Of a DNA stretch of 14,976 nt, positions 14,900 through 14,976 are shown piece after piece. The number at the start of each line of letters is the position of its first letter. The stretch's first letter is position 1. Made by a program: the position numbers and the translations under genes. The stretch comes from Pseudomonadota bacterium. Lineage in GTDB: Bacteria > Pseudomonadota > Alphaproteobacteria > Rhizobiales > Hyphomicrobiaceae. Where the stretch lies: NCBI GenBank assembly GCA_038522635.1, contig JBCBJZ010000093.1:1-14976 (forward strand). The letters run 5' to 3'. The notes beneath the pieces are model-generated. The model was not told the DNA's origin and did no database searches. It saw only the letters and a program-made list of their open reading frames with translations.

Positions 14900-14976
14900 T
14901 CAGCGTAGCGGGATGCTGAGCACGCGGCCAACCTCAAGGTGGTCAGTGTTGCGGATGCGGTTCGCGTTCGCAATGC
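14900..14976 (-). CDS. C-terminal 24 codons of a LysM-domain protein; the gene body lies beyond the right edge
   Basis: Minus-strand frame ...IANANRIRNTDHLEVGRVLSIPLR followed by TGA at 14900-14902. GC3 is high. The pattern resembles the C-terminal half of a LysM motif (..IA.AN.I.N.D.I..GQ.L.IP). Confidence 0.35.
   Translation of the reverse strand, partial: IANANRIRNTDHLEVGRVLSIPLR

Noticed and set aside
14590-14919. 109-aa plus-strand ORF spanning the tandem intergenic repeat
   Set aside because: Its repetitive peptide (GGTPKAKDER twice) is generated by the DNA repeat. It overlaps the tauD-like 3' end out of frame, and the region is better explained as structured non-coding repeats plus an opposing LysM gene end.

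Overview
This is a high-GC (roughly 65%) chromosomal window that looks alphaproteobacterial, because it carries an ALAS-type hemA (C4 haem pathway). I find no rRNA, tRNA, CRISPR array, integrase or transposase, and no transcription-factor gene. I can support about 15 protein-coding genes, in five groups. (1) A minus-strand sugar-modification operon at 1-2866. It encodes a class-III aminotransferase (partial, runs off the left edge), an NAD-dependent epimerase/dehydratase, a single ArnE-like 4-TM EamA flippase subunit and a GT26 WecG/TagA-family glycosyltransferase. (2) hemA (5-aminolevulinate synthase) translationally coupled to a Gph-like HAD phosphatase. (3) An SPFH/band-7 lipoprotein followed by a small 2-TM membrane protein. 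(4) An MmgE/PrpD-family gene divergent from glyS (GlyRS beta subunit), with no adjacent glyQ. (5) A minus-strand catabolic-looking set: a DsbA-like 2-hydroxychromene-2-carboxylate isomerase / kappa-GST homologue overlapping an L-2-haloacid dehalogenase by one nucleotide, a 3-hydroxyisobutyrate-dehydrogenase-family gene, and a divergent TauD/TfdA Fe(II)/2-oxoglutarate dioxygenase. A LysM C-terminus is truncated at the right edge. The most unusual non-coding signal is two families of short structured palindromic repeats placed exactly at convergent gene ends (10866-11066 and 14748-14848), with compensatory base changes between copies. Several intergenic regions also carry exact 10-13 bp direct repeats at helical-phase spacings that look like operators (upstream of hemA, of the dehalogenase and of the prpD-like gene). 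I see no obviously novel multi-gene defence or mobile system. Long antisense ORFs in the six-frame track are high-GC artefacts.
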